NCBI GenBank assembly: GCA_048939765.1
Contig: JBHLPF010000010.1
Coordinates: 11,723-75,722 of the forward strand
Direction: 5' to 3'
Origin: Promethearchaeota archaeon
Lineage (GTDB): Archaea > Asgardarchaeota > Thorarchaeia > Thorarchaeales > Thorarchaeaceae
DNA length: 64,000 bases
In this document: positions 8,969 through 19,700 of the stretch, piece by piece
How the letters are laid out: each line of letters begins with the position of its first letter
Numbering within the stretch: position 1 is the stretch's first letter
Notes under the pieces: generated by a model
What the model saw: the letters and a program-made list of their open reading frames with translations, nothing else
Databases searched by the model: none
What the model was told of the DNA's origin: nothing
Program-made: the position numbers and the translations under genes

Positions 8969-11290
8969 ATGAAGCACATCAATCGAAGAATAATTCTAGG
9001 GGTGACAATTGCGCTTGCATTTCTGATGGGATCCCAAATCACTCCCGTCGCCGCACTGCAGACGCAGATTGTCATCGAGAAATACAATCAGGCGTTCCAG
9101 TATGGAGCGAATAATCATACCTATCTGTATCTTGAGCCAAACCCGCTAGACCGTGTATCTCGTGCCACTATTCATTTGAATGAGGATCTTGACTACTATA
9201 GATACTCATACGATAATACTGGCTGGGCGCGTACTCAGTCTTCGGGTTCTGAACCAGCCAATTCTCCATTTTATTGGATGAATTACCAAGGCTTCGCAAC
9301 AGGTACGTACGGAAATCCTACCCGGCTCCCGAACTTCTACGACTTCACAGCTTCTGACGGTAGCGGAGTAGTTGTTAATACTACGCTGGAAACAAGGACA
9401 TTCTCATTGGCCTTTGGTCAGCATACTCCAGTCATGATCGAACGGGATTCTGTTTACTTCGGAACACTTCCAGTCACTGGACAAGAGTTTGTGCATCTGA
9501 CAATAGACTGTAGACAAGATGACGTGTCATGGAGTGTCAGTGTTGTGGATCCAGAAGGTCGATTCATGGCCTCAACAAGCGGATCCAACGGTGATATAGT
9601 GTTGATTCCATTCAATCCCTCAGTTGATGGAACATATCTCGTAATTCTACAGGCAACTCCTGGATCGACCCTCAATACACTTTTCGACATTTTTCCAGCA
9701 GCAGTGTCGCCTCAGAGGATTGGGATAGACGAGGTTGTCACAGGGGTATTGCCCACTGGTGAAATAGTCCTAAATGATGAAACTGGCAGTCTCGTCCATA
9801 AAGAACTGGCTCCCACAGCTCACACCTACAAGTTTTGGTCGCCAGATAGTCTTGCATCCATCAGCTATTCTTACAACTATCCTGAGATGTTCGTGGGCAT
9901 AACTCAGCCGCCTGCCATATTCTTTACTAGTGATTCTTTCGAGTACGGATATGATGGCGGTTCGCGATATGTCGATGCTATTGGCTCCCCTACGTCTGGT
10001 GATTACAACTACATCGGTGACACGCATTACGTCACCGTCATGGGGGGTGACAACATAGAATACACATTGTATCATCGAGCAATTGATGAAAGCCCACTTC
10101 CTGTGAACCAGGAGTTCCAGATCGAGAACTACTTCAGCACGACAGATACCAGGGCTTATCGATTGACCCTTGAGGAGGACTCGATTCTAAGGGTGAACTC
10201 TACTGCTGGCGGCGGTGATTTCACCATTAGAACTGTGGCGGAGTATGAGGATGGATATCGTGTCGAACGGTCCATCACCGATGCAGCCACTCTTGCTGGT
10301 GCCACAGACTACTACATGCCTGCAGGCGACTATATGGTCGAAATTGGCGTTGCCAGTGGCGTGAATGAGTGGATTGAATTCAACTTGGGCCCCATAACGA
10401 CTGAAGCAGAAGCAGATATAGTCTGCATGGGTGGATTCTACGTCCCAACAAGTGTCTTCCAGTTGTATAATCTATCATTATATCTGGAGAACCATGACAA
10501 TGTCACCGTGTCACTTGACATAACAGTGAGAGACTTGTCTGACGTATCCCTGGCCGACTTCAACGTCGACCTGGCAAACTGGTGGGATGGGTCATCTCTG
10601 ATGACAAATCCTTCAGATCCGAACAATGTAACCTACATGCTGGGATCTAGAATCTGGCATGATGACTTAGCTTTTGTGGGAATCTGTGCGTACGATATGG
10701 CAAACAACACCGTAGGAGCGACAAACCATTACCAAGACTACCCTGTGAATCTCACAATTGAATGGGTGAATAGGCTAAGCGAGTTCTATAGTGACACCAC
10801 AGCTTTGGAGGTAGCTTCCTCGGTGGACTCACATAACTTCACATTGTCACTACCAGGGAATTCCGTGGAGTACTACGGTGTGGACCTAAACACCACTAGG
10901 GGAACATGGTACAATGTGTCAATCCGTACTGGAGATGTCAACACATTCCAAGCAGTTCTCTTCAGCGAAGTGGACGGACGGTCTCATGACACTGCCTGGA
11001 GTGACTTGAATGATGCTCTGACTGGGAGTCTACCAGACATATCATTCCAGTTCGGAGCAATATCCGAAGTATCACATCTGCAGATCTATACCGCGAGGAA
11101 TTTGGCTACGGACGGATTTCTATGGATACAAATCACTCCAATGGTGACACATATGCTGGAACTTCCTCAGATATCACCAGTTGGACCTGACATTCTAGCG
11201 ATTCTAGGCACTATCGCCCTGCCAGTTGGATTGGGTGTTGCTGTCATAGTCGTGGTCTACGTTATCTATGTCAAGAAGTTCAAAGACTGA
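8969..11290 (+). CDS. large cell-surface protein (signal peptide, sequon-rich ectodomain, C-terminal TM anchor)
   Basis: The N-terminus is MKHINRRIILGVTIALAFLMGSQITPVAA. There are many N-x-S/T sequons. Repeated beta-sandwich-like segments loosely resemble PPC domains. The C-terminus is GPDILAILGTIALPVGLGVAVIVVVYVIYVKKFKD. Confidence 0.7.
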   Translation: MKHINRRIILGVTIALAFLMGSQITPVAALQTQIVIEKYNQAFQYGANNHTYLYLEPNPLDRVSRATIHLNEDLDYYRYSYDNTGWARTQSSGSEPANSPFYWMNYQGFATGTYGNPTRLPNFYDFTASDGSGVVVNTTLETRTFSLAFGQHTPVMIERDSVYFGTLPVTGQEFVHLTIDCRQDDVSWSVSVVDPEGRFMASTSGSNGDIVLIPFNPSVDGTYLVILQATPGSTLNTLFDIFPAAVSPQRIGIDEVVTGVLPTGEIVLNDETGSLVHKELAPTAHTYKFWSPDSLASISYSYNYPEMFVGITQPPAIFFTSDSFEYGYDGGSRYVDAIGSPTSGDYNYIGDTHYVTVMGGDNIEYTLYHRAIDESPLPVNQEFQIENYFSTTDTRAYRLTLEEDSILRVNSTAGGGDFTIRTVAEYEDGYRVERSITDAATLAGATDYYMPAGDYMVEIGVASGVNEWIEFNLGPITTEAEADIVCMGGFYVPTSVFQLYNLSLYLENHDNVTVSLDITVRDLSDVSLADFNVDLANWWDGSSLMTNPSDPNNVTYMLGSRIWHDDLAFVGICAYDMANNTVGATNHYQDYPVNLTIEWVNRLSEFYSDTTALEVASSVDSHNFTLSLPGNSVEYYGVDLNTTRGTWYNVSIRTGDVNTFQAVLFSEVDGRSHDTAWSDLNDALTGSLPDISFQFGAISEVSHLQIYTARNLATDGFLWIQITPMVTHMLELPQISPVGPDILAILGTIALPVGLGVAVIVVVYVIYVKKFKD

Positions 11291-11328
11291 CATGATATAG
11301 GATGCTGCAAATCTGGCTAGGATGTGAC

Positions 11329-11370
11329 ATGGCAAGGAAATCAACCTCCTTGCCATCCTTCTCTTTTTTC
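11329..11370. terminator. hairpin plus T-tract between convergent genes
   Basis: ATGGCAAGGA (11329-11338) pairs with TCCTTGCCAT (11347-11356) across an 8-nt loop, followed by TCTTTTTTC (11362-11370). It lies between the stop codons at 11290 (+) and 11382 (-). Confidence 0.45.
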
Positions 11371-11381
11371 TGGGATTCTCT

Positions 11382-12269
11382 TCAGAATTGCGAGAGCGCC
11401 CCTTTTCTTCTGACATATCTCTCTGTGTATCTGAACATGAGGACGCCCAGTACAAGGAACACTACATCCAACACGACAAGTGCAATGATTGCATTCACCA
11501 CTAAAGAGCCGCCGAGGCTGCCCAAGAGGAATCCCCGAAAGCCCTCTACGCTCCATGTCAATGGAGATGCCACTGCTATATACTGGAGGACGGGTGGCAA
11601 AACCGCAATGGGGTAGGACATCGGAGCCACCAAGAACAATACACTTGACAGTAACTCGACTACCATCCATGCCTGTTTGGCTAATAGGATAATGCAGACA
11701 ACAGTGAAGACGAGTCCCTGCATCGCTATGATGGACAAAGCCACTACTCCCAGAGCTGGGAGCACTCCCCAGATATCGAGCTGCACTCCAAATATGAGGA
11801 CAGAGCCTACTAGCTGGAGAATCACTCCAAGACCTCCATGTTGTAGATTATGGAGTGAAGACCCCCAGACAAGAGTTCCTTTACCCATCGGCGTTGACAT
11901 CAGGGTTTCTAGAGTGCCCACATTCTGTTCTCGGCGGAGAGCGAATCCTGTACCCCACATCAAACTGATAGCTAGGCCGGCGTATGCATTGCCTATTGCG
12001 ACGTAGCTCAACCAGTCACCTGTGCCAACCATCCCCTCGAGGAATGTAGACTCGGATCCTCCACTTACGGCAACTCCCGTAAGAAGAAGAGGAATAAACC
12101 AAAGAAAGGGCATTACGATAAACCAAAGCACGCTGAGTGGATAGCTGAATTCAACCTTCCACTGCTTGATGGCTAACGCGTTGGCTGCCCTTAGCTCCGC
12201 TCTCAAGCCTTCCCTTTTCCACATCTTTTCGAAGATGGTTGATCTCTTGACCTCTGTCGTTTCAGTCAT
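11382..12269 (-). CDS. ABC-2 type transporter permease
   Basis: The 295-aa protein has about 6 TM helices. It is the last gene of a tightly coupled three-gene operon (TGAgATG junction at 12267-12273). Confidence 0.75.
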   Translation of the reverse strand: MTETTEVKRSTIFEKMWKREGLRAELRAANALAIKQWKVEFSYPLSVLWFIVMPFLWFIPLLLTGVAVSGGSESTFLEGMVGTGDWLSYVAIGNAYAGLAISLMWGTGFALRREQNVGTLETLMSTPMGKGTLVWGSSLHNLQHGGLGVILQLVGSVLIFGVQLDIWGVLPALGVVALSIIAMQGLVFTVVCIILLAKQAWMVVELLSSVLFLVAPMSYPIAVLPPVLQYIAVASPLTWSVEGFRGFLLGSLGGSLVVNAIIALVVLDVVFLVLGVLMFRYTERYVRRKGALSQF

Positions 12270-12270
12270 C

Positions 12271-13176
12271 TCAGAACCCTCCCATATGTCCTCGTTGCCT
12301 CGACCACCTCTCGGCGTACGTAAATGACCCTATTCCTAGAATCCAGAAGAAGAGTCCGATGAGTCCCAGCCCAGCTAATGTCGACAAGAACCCTGCCAGG
12401 TTCATGACTCCAGTTATCGCTAATTCCCGGATAGTCACTATCGCGAGGGTTGTCGGGACCAAATATGCCGCAAACCTCACTGGCCCTGGGAGAGAAGCTA
12501 GGGGATATTGAACGGGTGAAATCATCCAAGTGACTTCAGAAACCAACTCCGTCAAAACGCTTGGATCCTTGAATACAATGATCAACCCTGCAACCATGAA
12601 GGCGAATCCATACAATGCAATTATCATAACAAGCAGAATCACCACGATTGGCAATATTTGTGTCAATGCATAGAGAGGCCCGAACACTAGGCTGGAGAGC
12701 CCGACCAGGACAATCGTCTGGAAAACACCCTGGAGACTGTCTGAGAATGCCGCTCCCAATAATAGGCTGACCCTTGGCACCGGTGCCATGAACAATGGCT
12801 CAAGAGTTCCACTAAACTGCTCCCATCTGAAGTTGTTGCCAATGCCCCATATGCTGTTGTCTAGAAACATAATCACAAACCATCCGATGACACAGAATGT
12901 GATGTAGTCATCAAAGCCAGACAGCTCGGTGAAGTGTGCGCTCGCCTCTGGCCCTGCAATAGCGGTTGCCATGAGAATGAACGGCGCAAACCACAGGATT
13001 GGCAGAATTCCCCAAATCAGAAGGTTTGCGGGATATCTAAGGGCCAGTCTGAGGTTCTTCTTCGCAATGATGATTGCAGCTTTCCAGTCAAAGAAGAGTG
13101 GCTTGAACTCGACTAAATACTCAGAGCCATTGAGGAATGCGTGCTCATCTCTTGAGTCAAGTGGGGTCTCTGTCAA
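12271..13176 (-). CDS. ABC-2 type transporter permease
   Basis: The 301-aa protein has about 6 TM helices. Its TTG start overlaps the ATPase TGA stop (TTGA at 13173-13176). Confidence 0.75.
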   Translation of the reverse strand: MTETPLDSRDEHAFLNGSEYLVEFKPLFFDWKAAIIIAKKNLRLALRYPANLLIWGILPILWFAPFILMATAIAGPEASAHFTELSGFDDYITFCVIGWFVIMFLDNSIWGIGNNFRWEQFSGTLEPLFMAPVPRVSLLLGAAFSDSLQGVFQTIVLVGLSSLVFGPLYALTQILPIVVILLVMIIALYGFAFMVAGLIIVFKDPSVLTELVSEVTWMISPVQYPLASLPGPVRFAAYLVPTTLAIVTIRELAITGVMNLAGFLSTLAGLGLIGLFFWILGIGSFTYAERWSRQRGHMGGF

Positions 13177-14165
13177 TCCTCAATCCTCCTCCCAGTCAGT
13201 TGTAGGAACACATCATCAAGGGTTGGCTCCTTGACCTCGAAGTGTTCGACTTTGACACCAGCTGTGTCATGGACCAGATTCAGCAGCCTATGGGCTAGCT
13301 CGTATCCATCCCTAGCGGTGACAACAAGGTCTGAATGGCCATTCCTCTCTGTGATCGAAGCTGTCATCACCATATCCATGTTCTTGATAGTTTCCAGGTC
13401 TGGCGTGCCAACAAGCCTCATGTGAAGACTGTCATAGTCGCGTACCTCTTCCTTCAAGTCATGAGGTGTTCCAAAGCTCTTAATCTCTCCCTCGTTTATG
13501 AGAGCAATCTTGTCACAGAGTAGATCTGCTTCATGCATGTAGTGTGTCGTGAGCAGTATCGTCTTGTCACGCAGCTCATGCCTGATGTGGTTTCTGAGGT
13601 CCGATGCGAAAGTTGGATCCAACCCTTGGGTTGGCTCGTCGAACAAGAGAATCGGAGGATCATGGAGTAGAGAGCGTGCGAATACTATCTTCATGCGCAT
13701 GCCATGCGATAGATTCTCTGTTTTCTCATCAGCTTTCTCCATCAGGCCCATTCGCCCGAGTAGCTCATCTGCCCTCTCCTTAGCCTCATTGTGCGGCATT
13801 CGGTAGAGCTTGCTGAAGAAGATAAGGTTCTCTCTCGCGGTGAGCTTCCAATAGATGGATCGCTCATTGCCCTGACATACTCCCATGCAGGCTCTCACAT
13901 GAGTAGGGTCCTTGAGAATATCATAGCCCATAACCTTAGCTGTGCCCGAGGTAGGTATCACCAGAGTCGCTAGACATTTGATGAGCGTGGTCTTCCCGGC
14001 TCCATTCGGTCCCAAGAGGCCATAGACCTGCCCATGCGGAATATCCAGTGACACTGATTTTAGAGCCTCTACTCTTTTCCTCTCAACGGGAACCACGATT
14101 GCTCTTCTTCTAACACTGATGAAAGTCTTAGACAGGTCTTCTATTTCTATTGTAGTTTGTTTCAA
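13173..14165 (-). CDS. ABC transporter ATP-binding protein
   Basis: Walker A is GPNGAGKTT, the signature is LSHGMRMK, and Walker B is ILLFDEPTQGLD. GGAGGT lies 8 nt upstream of the TTG start. Confidence 0.9.
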   Translation of the reverse strand: MKQTTIEIEDLSKTFISVRRRAIVVPVERKRVEALKSVSLDIPHGQVYGLLGPNGAGKTTLIKCLATLVIPTSGTAKVMGYDILKDPTHVRACMGVCQGNERSIYWKLTARENLIFFSKLYRMPHNEAKERADELLGRMGLMEKADEKTENLSHGMRMKIVFARSLLHDPPILLFDEPTQGLDPTFASDLRNHIRHELRDKTILLTTHYMHEADLLCDKIALINEGEIKSFGTPHDLKEEVRDYDSLHMRLVGTPDLETIKNMDMVMTASITERNGHSDLVVTARDGYELAHRLLNLVHDTAGVKVEHFEVKEPTLDDVFLQLTGRRIED

Positions 14166-14484
14166 CGTTTAGTACCTCCCCAGAATCGTAGGGGATTGAT
14201 ATAATGTTCGAGTGTCACATGCATCCTGCCGCTCAACAACACGGCATAATGCGAAAGAAGTCGTGTGTTGTGCGGATTTCATCTTTTGAGATATTCCGTC
14301 TTCATCCGAACACCTATTCAGGGAGCCCTGTGTTTTGCATATGAATTTTTCCGCCGGCGTAGCGTAGCTGTCAATCAAGATTCGTCCTCAATCAATTGCG
14401 TGAGAAGCACTAGCGACTTAGGCCGCCTATTGAAACCGCTGCTCGGAAGATACGAGTGATGGTAAGTCACTCATCTAGGTTCTA

Positions 14485-16188
14485 TTACCGAAACAACGAT
14501 TCAAATGTAGTCAAAATTCGAGGTTTCCCCTTAGTGAGAACTTGCATCACTGCATTGCTAAGAGTAGAGTTGGTCATAAGATGTTTGCAGCTGGCGATCT
14601 TTCTCGCCGATTGAATTGACCCTTCTGCCACTAGAATTGATTGAGCCAATGCATCAATAACACGGGCTCGCTCCAATTCACGTACCTTTCTAAGAGCCCT
14701 CGTAGCAGTCCATCTCGCTCTATATGAATAGTAATAATGGGATTGATGGCTACGAGTAGTTTCTTGAGAATAAGCATCCCTGTAGATTCGGATTATGGCG
14801 TCAACTACTCTAATATCGCTCAGGACTTCTGGTAGCTCTCGCAATACTTCAGCAAGATCTTTCATATGGGAACGCTTAGTAATGACCTTCGCAATCGCTT
14901 CAATCTCTGCATTTCCCCATTGAAAGTTTGGCAGGGCTTGAGCAATCTCAATGGCTCTTACCGGAATGCCAGAGCTTCCAATGGCTCCAGAGATCAAGTC
15001 CTTGTTTGTCTTTAAGGCCTCGACACCTTCTTTTCCAATGCTCAGAAGAGAATACATGGCATGAACTCTCTTTCTCCCCCTCTTATTTCTGAGAATCTTG
15101 AGTAGAATTGGCACTGCATCAATGTGCCTGCTTTCGCCAAGTGCCTTTATACCTGGATTTTCCAAATCTCGCCCCGAGTCCATGGCACTCTTAATATGGC
15201 TCAGTATTGAAGGATCTCTGATTCCTCCCAAAGCAATAATTGCATGTTTTCTAGTATATCGTCCATCAAGCAGCTTCTTTACGAACTCCAATGAGATAGG
15301 GTCGCCAATCTTCCCAACTGCTTCAATAAGTGAAGGCATCACCCATCCGCGGTTTGACTCCAGTCTAGAGTGCAACAGAGGAAGCGCCCTTTCATCCCCT
15401 ATATTTCCGAGCTCTCGAACCGCAGTTGACCTCCTATCATAACCCGAAGCCGCCACCCTGAGAAGTCCCCAAAGCAATTTCCTCGTGTAATCAGAACAAT
15501 TACTGAAAGCATCCTTGGATTTCTTGATTAGCCTCGCTGGTATTTTGACCTGATCACCAAATTGCTGAGATAAGCATTCAACTCCTTCAATGGCTTCCTT
15601 GGAAGCGCCAGCAAAGCCATTGCCTACAGATCCAGTTGTGATGACGACAAATCCATAATAGGTTGAGAAGACTTCCCATAGGTTTGGCTTGGATGCAAGG
15701 TCAGAGATCTCTGCGCTCCTTGATTCAAGTAGGTCTGCCACAAGGACTGCATACGGCGAGGTCGCCATTATATCAGTGTCAAGAAAGAACGTGTTTCTTC
15801 GTTCTATCTGATTTCGAAGAATGTCATGTGATGGCCCCAAAATCTTTCTGCGCAGTTCTGCTAGATTACTGGCGCTGATATCACAGAATCCACCTATAAG
15901 GTCGGTGTCTATTCCACTAATGGACTCTAATCCTAACAGCCTAACCATGGCATCTCGGAATGTTCCACTTCGCATGGGAAAGAGCGAATTTCCGGGAACA
16001 GTCTTATAATTCCTGAGGCGGACAAGATGTTTCGCAGTTTTTGTCCAGCCGATCTCTTGAATCTTCGCATCAACAAGACTCTCAACTTTCCCATAATCCC
16101 GCATCATGATTGAACGAGCGAGTTCACCTCTAGAAACTCCCATATTCACCCTCAATACTAATCCGTTATCACTAGTTAAAAGGTGCAC
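14485..16188 (-). CDS. HEAT-repeat (PBS-lyase type) protein with unrecognised ~240-aa N-terminal domain
   Basis: Repeated units include AVRELGNIGDERALPLL, LIEAVGKIGDPISLEFV, AIIALGGIRDPSILSHI and IKALGESRHIDAVPILL. Confidence 0.75.
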   Translation of the reverse strand: MHLLTSDNGLVLRVNMGVSRGELARSIMMRDYGKVESLVDAKIQEIGWTKTAKHLVRLRNYKTVPGNSLFPMRSGTFRDAMVRLLGLESISGIDTDLIGGFCDISASNLAELRRKILGPSHDILRNQIERRNTFFLDTDIMATSPYAVLVADLLESRSAEISDLASKPNLWEVFSTYYGFVVITTGSVGNGFAGASKEAIEGVECLSQQFGDQVKIPARLIKKSKDAFSNCSDYTRKLLWGLLRVAASGYDRRSTAVRELGNIGDERALPLLHSRLESNRGWVMPSLIEAVGKIGDPISLEFVKKLLDGRYTRKHAIIALGGIRDPSILSHIKSAMDSGRDLENPGIKALGESRHIDAVPILLKILRNKRGRKRVHAMYSLLSIGKEGVEALKTNKDLISGAIGSSGIPVRAIEIAQALPNFQWGNAEIEAIAKVITKRSHMKDLAEVLRELPEVLSDIRVVDAIIRIYRDAYSQETTRSHQSHYYYSYRARWTATRALRKVRELERARVIDALAQSILVAEGSIQSARKIASCKHLMTNSTLSNAVMQVLTKGKPRILTTFESLFR

Positions 16189-16232
16189 ACATATAGGTGG
16201 AGTTATCTCTGGGGCAAATCATCTGATTGCCA

Positions 16233-16757
16233 ATGAAACGCGTCTTAGTGCTTGGACCATCCGGGTCCGGAAAGTCCACCTTCGCAGAGAATCTTGCCAG
16301 AGTGTTGGGTGTTCCTTGTATCCATTTGGATTCACATTATTGGAAGCCAAACTGGGTGGAAGCACCCGAGGAAGAATGGTTTGAAGTTGTGAGTGAGCTA
16401 ATCTTGCAGGATGAATGGGTCATGGATGGTAACTATTCATCTACACTTGAGATGAGAATCAAGCGAGCTGATACAGCAATATTCCTTGATGTCCCGAGGA
16501 GGGTATCATTTTGGCGTGTGTTCAAGAGGAGGCTGTTGCATAGAGGACAGGTACGTCCAGAGCTTGCTCCAGGTTGCTATGAGAAGATAGACCTTGACTT
16601 CATCAAGTGGATATGGAACTATCCGACGAGAAGTCGCCCGGTAATAGACAAGATTCTTTCTCAGAACTCTGGAAGCAAAACAATCATAGTTCTGAAAAAC
16701 TCAAGAGAAGCTACCGAATTCCTATCTAAGATGAGAATTGAATCCTCAGCCAACTGA
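16233..16757 (+). CDS. P-loop NTPase, adenylate-kinase-like (FlaR/topology-modulation-protein-like family)
   Basis: MKRVLVLGPSGSGKSTFAENLA is followed by HLDSHYW, a family-typical layout. I preferred the ATG at 16233 over the TTG at 16227. The 3' end overlaps the convergent giant ORF by 12 nt. Confidence 0.75.
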   Translation: MKRVLVLGPSGSGKSTFAENLARVLGVPCIHLDSHYWKPNWVEAPEEEWFEVVSELILQDEWVMDGNYSSTLEMRIKRADTAIFLDVPRRVSFWRVFKRRLLHRGQVRPELAPGCYEKIDLDFIKWIWNYPTRSRPVIDKILSQNSGSKTIIVLKNSREATEFLSKMRIESSAN

Positions 16758-19700
16758 TACCCATTCGAGGCCGGTTGTTATGCCAAACGCCGCAATAGAT
16801 GCTACAAGTGCAATTAGAACAATCAATCGCAGATAGACTAGTCTTGGGTTCATTGCTTCTCTCTCCTTGATGTAACGACTCACAAAGAGAAGAAACGCAG
16901 CTGTGGCTAGTAGTAGACTCTGATATACGGGTCCCAGAACGAATGTGTACGCAAATCCTGTCAGTGCAAAGAAGAGCGGCGATAGAAACAGTTGTCTTGC
17001 ACTTCTTGCTGTCACCGGATAGAAGATTATTGAAGCCACAAATACTCCTAGATAAATCCCCGCAACTTGGTCAAATGGCGGTATTATCAGAATGTACGAG
17101 CTGAGGTATGCAATGACCCCTGTCATGATGGCCAATAGACTCCACAGCAATTCTCTCTGAGTCTTCGGAACCCAATTCACTGTTGTTGAGAGTAAGTAAA
17201 GCATGAATGTCGGAGTGAATGATAATAGCATCGCAAGTAAGAGTGAATCCAGCGTGCTTGAACTTGGTAGCATGTAGTAGAACAGTGATGCGGAAATGCT
17301 TGGTGGGATTGGCAGCCAGAGCAAGGCTATGCGTCTTGGATCAAGCTGTAGCTCTCCTTTGAGCATTAAACCGGTCCCACATACTGCGATTATCGCTGAG
17401 AAAAAGGATAGAACTTGATACCCGTGATCAAAGAGAAACACAATTGCAGTGATTCCTCCACCAAATGCGGCATAGAGTCCGCTAAAAAGACCAAAGCGCG
17501 TTCTGACCCGCCGTCGTACGATTGCGATGAAAAGCATCATGAGCCCGATGATTGCGGTCGGTATCGAGAAGCCTGGAATTTCATAGAACAGCCCTGTTGG
17601 CGGCATATTCAGAAGCTCACTGAAGAGTGGTCTACTTAATACTCCAATTACAGCGACAAACAGCAAAGCAAAGAAAGCCCACGCGACATACCCGAAGCTT
17701 CTGAAGATTCTTAGCAAGAAGCTTCCAAGATTCCTGATGGCCTTGACAAGGATTGCCCCATAGCGACCAAGAATAGCCAAGAAGGCTCTTACCTGCGTCC
17801 AGAATACAGGTGCTTCTACTACAAGGAGAATAAGAGTCGCATATACTAGGGCATGTATCGGCTGCAAGCCGCCGATGGAAGTGAATCCTGTCAAAGCTGC
17901 CACGAATAGGGATATCCCCAGAATCCCGGCATTCCTTCTCATCCATACCTTCTGTGAAAACGAACTGACTTGCGCAAGAGTCGCAACCAAAGCAAGAGAT
18001 GTAGCTAATGACAAGCTGAATAATAGCTCAAGAAGATCGTAGGATTCTGCCGTCATGGACATGAGAAGTATGAGGTTGTTAACGCCAAATCCGATCAGGA
18101 TTGCAGAAGGCGACTGAAGCTCTTCTCCGATAGGCGGCTCCAACGCAGCTGCTTCAAACCAATAGAGTAAGCCTACCAGCACCAGACCAACGGTAATCGA
18201 GAAAGCTAGATTTCTGTAGGGCAGCCCAAGAATGGCTGAAGTATCCAAGGGATCATAGACCCACAAGGATACTAGACCCGCTATCAAGACGGGTAGAATT
18301 GTGGCGAACTTGGCTCTGTTGCTCCTGTAGATTTCTTCGGCCCAGGACAGGAATCGAGAAAATGCAGCAGCTAGTTGTTTGCCCTTAGTAGCTAGCCATC
18401 CGAGGAAGGTGATTGTCGCTGCAAGAGTCAATGGCAAGCTTAGTATATACCATACGAGGAGAAAGAGCGCAATCAACTCCGCAGTCCCAAGGATTGGCTC
18501 AGCCCAAATCCAGACTCCTCCAGCGACGGCTGAGGCTAAAATGATGATATCACCCATGAATAGCGTTCTTGGCCTCGCAGGTGTAATGAGATAGAGAATG
18601 AGCAGAGCCAGGGCAAGTCCGAGTCCTGCTACTGTAAGTATGAAACGTATTTCTCCGAGAAGATTTGCACCCATTTGTGCACCGAGCGCAGCCCATCCAG
18701 CAATGCTTGGACTCCAGCTATATCGGGCAGTAAGATGGTCTTCATTGATCTTCAATTTACCCTCAATTAGAAGATAGGCTGGCGTGGATAGTACGGAGAA
18801 CAATGATAGAATGATGCCTGCGGCAAGATATGGCTCTGCAGGAGGAGCTAGTCCATACAAGTCCCAACCGGATATGAAGGAGCCTAAAGATATTGATATT
18901 GAAACACTAACAACACTCCAAAGAATTCGAAAAACATCCCATGGTATCGCACCTCTCAAAGGCAGTAGAATCACGGGAGTCAGAAGTAAGCCTACTCCTG
19001 CGAGAATGACATTTGTGTCAAAGAGGAATACTAGCAAGGAATGCCAGACCCATATGACTTCGAGCATAGCGATTAATGTAGCAACCGCAATGTTAGTGAC
19101 TCCCGCATTGTCCTCATGTCCTTTGGGATCGGTTAGTCTAAGAGAACTCAATAGAAAAACAGCCGTTGTAACACAAAGCCACAGCGATTCCATTGAACGG
19201 TAATATGTGTACCAGCTGAATGAAACCATCGCGGTTGTAACGAGGCAAGATACCATCCAGCTGGCGCGTTTGAATGTTTCTCCTTTGGAAAGAACTGCTG
19301 TGAATGCAAGAAGCGGGATTCCTGCTATATATGCAGAATATAACCCGTCTACTAGCATGATTTCCCAAAGGTATGAGAATATCAGGAAGCAGAGATTGAA
19401 GACTGCAACGGACTGAAGCCCCACGAGTATTTCCGCAGAAATGAAGTTCCTCATTGAAAGAGCGAGAATTATTGTTGCAGATAGACTCGATAGACCCAAC
19501 TCCATCAGAGGCTCTCTAAGCGGGCTCGGTGTGGGAATCCATGAAATAACCAGTAGATACACTGAAGCACCAACCAAAGCGGCGCGAGTTATACCCAAGA
19601 ATATTCCAGTCTTTTCGCCGATACTCAGATGTGGGGTGAAGCGAAGGATTTCAAGGGCCACCAACGCCGCAAGCACGAGATTGATGGTCATGAATGGGCT

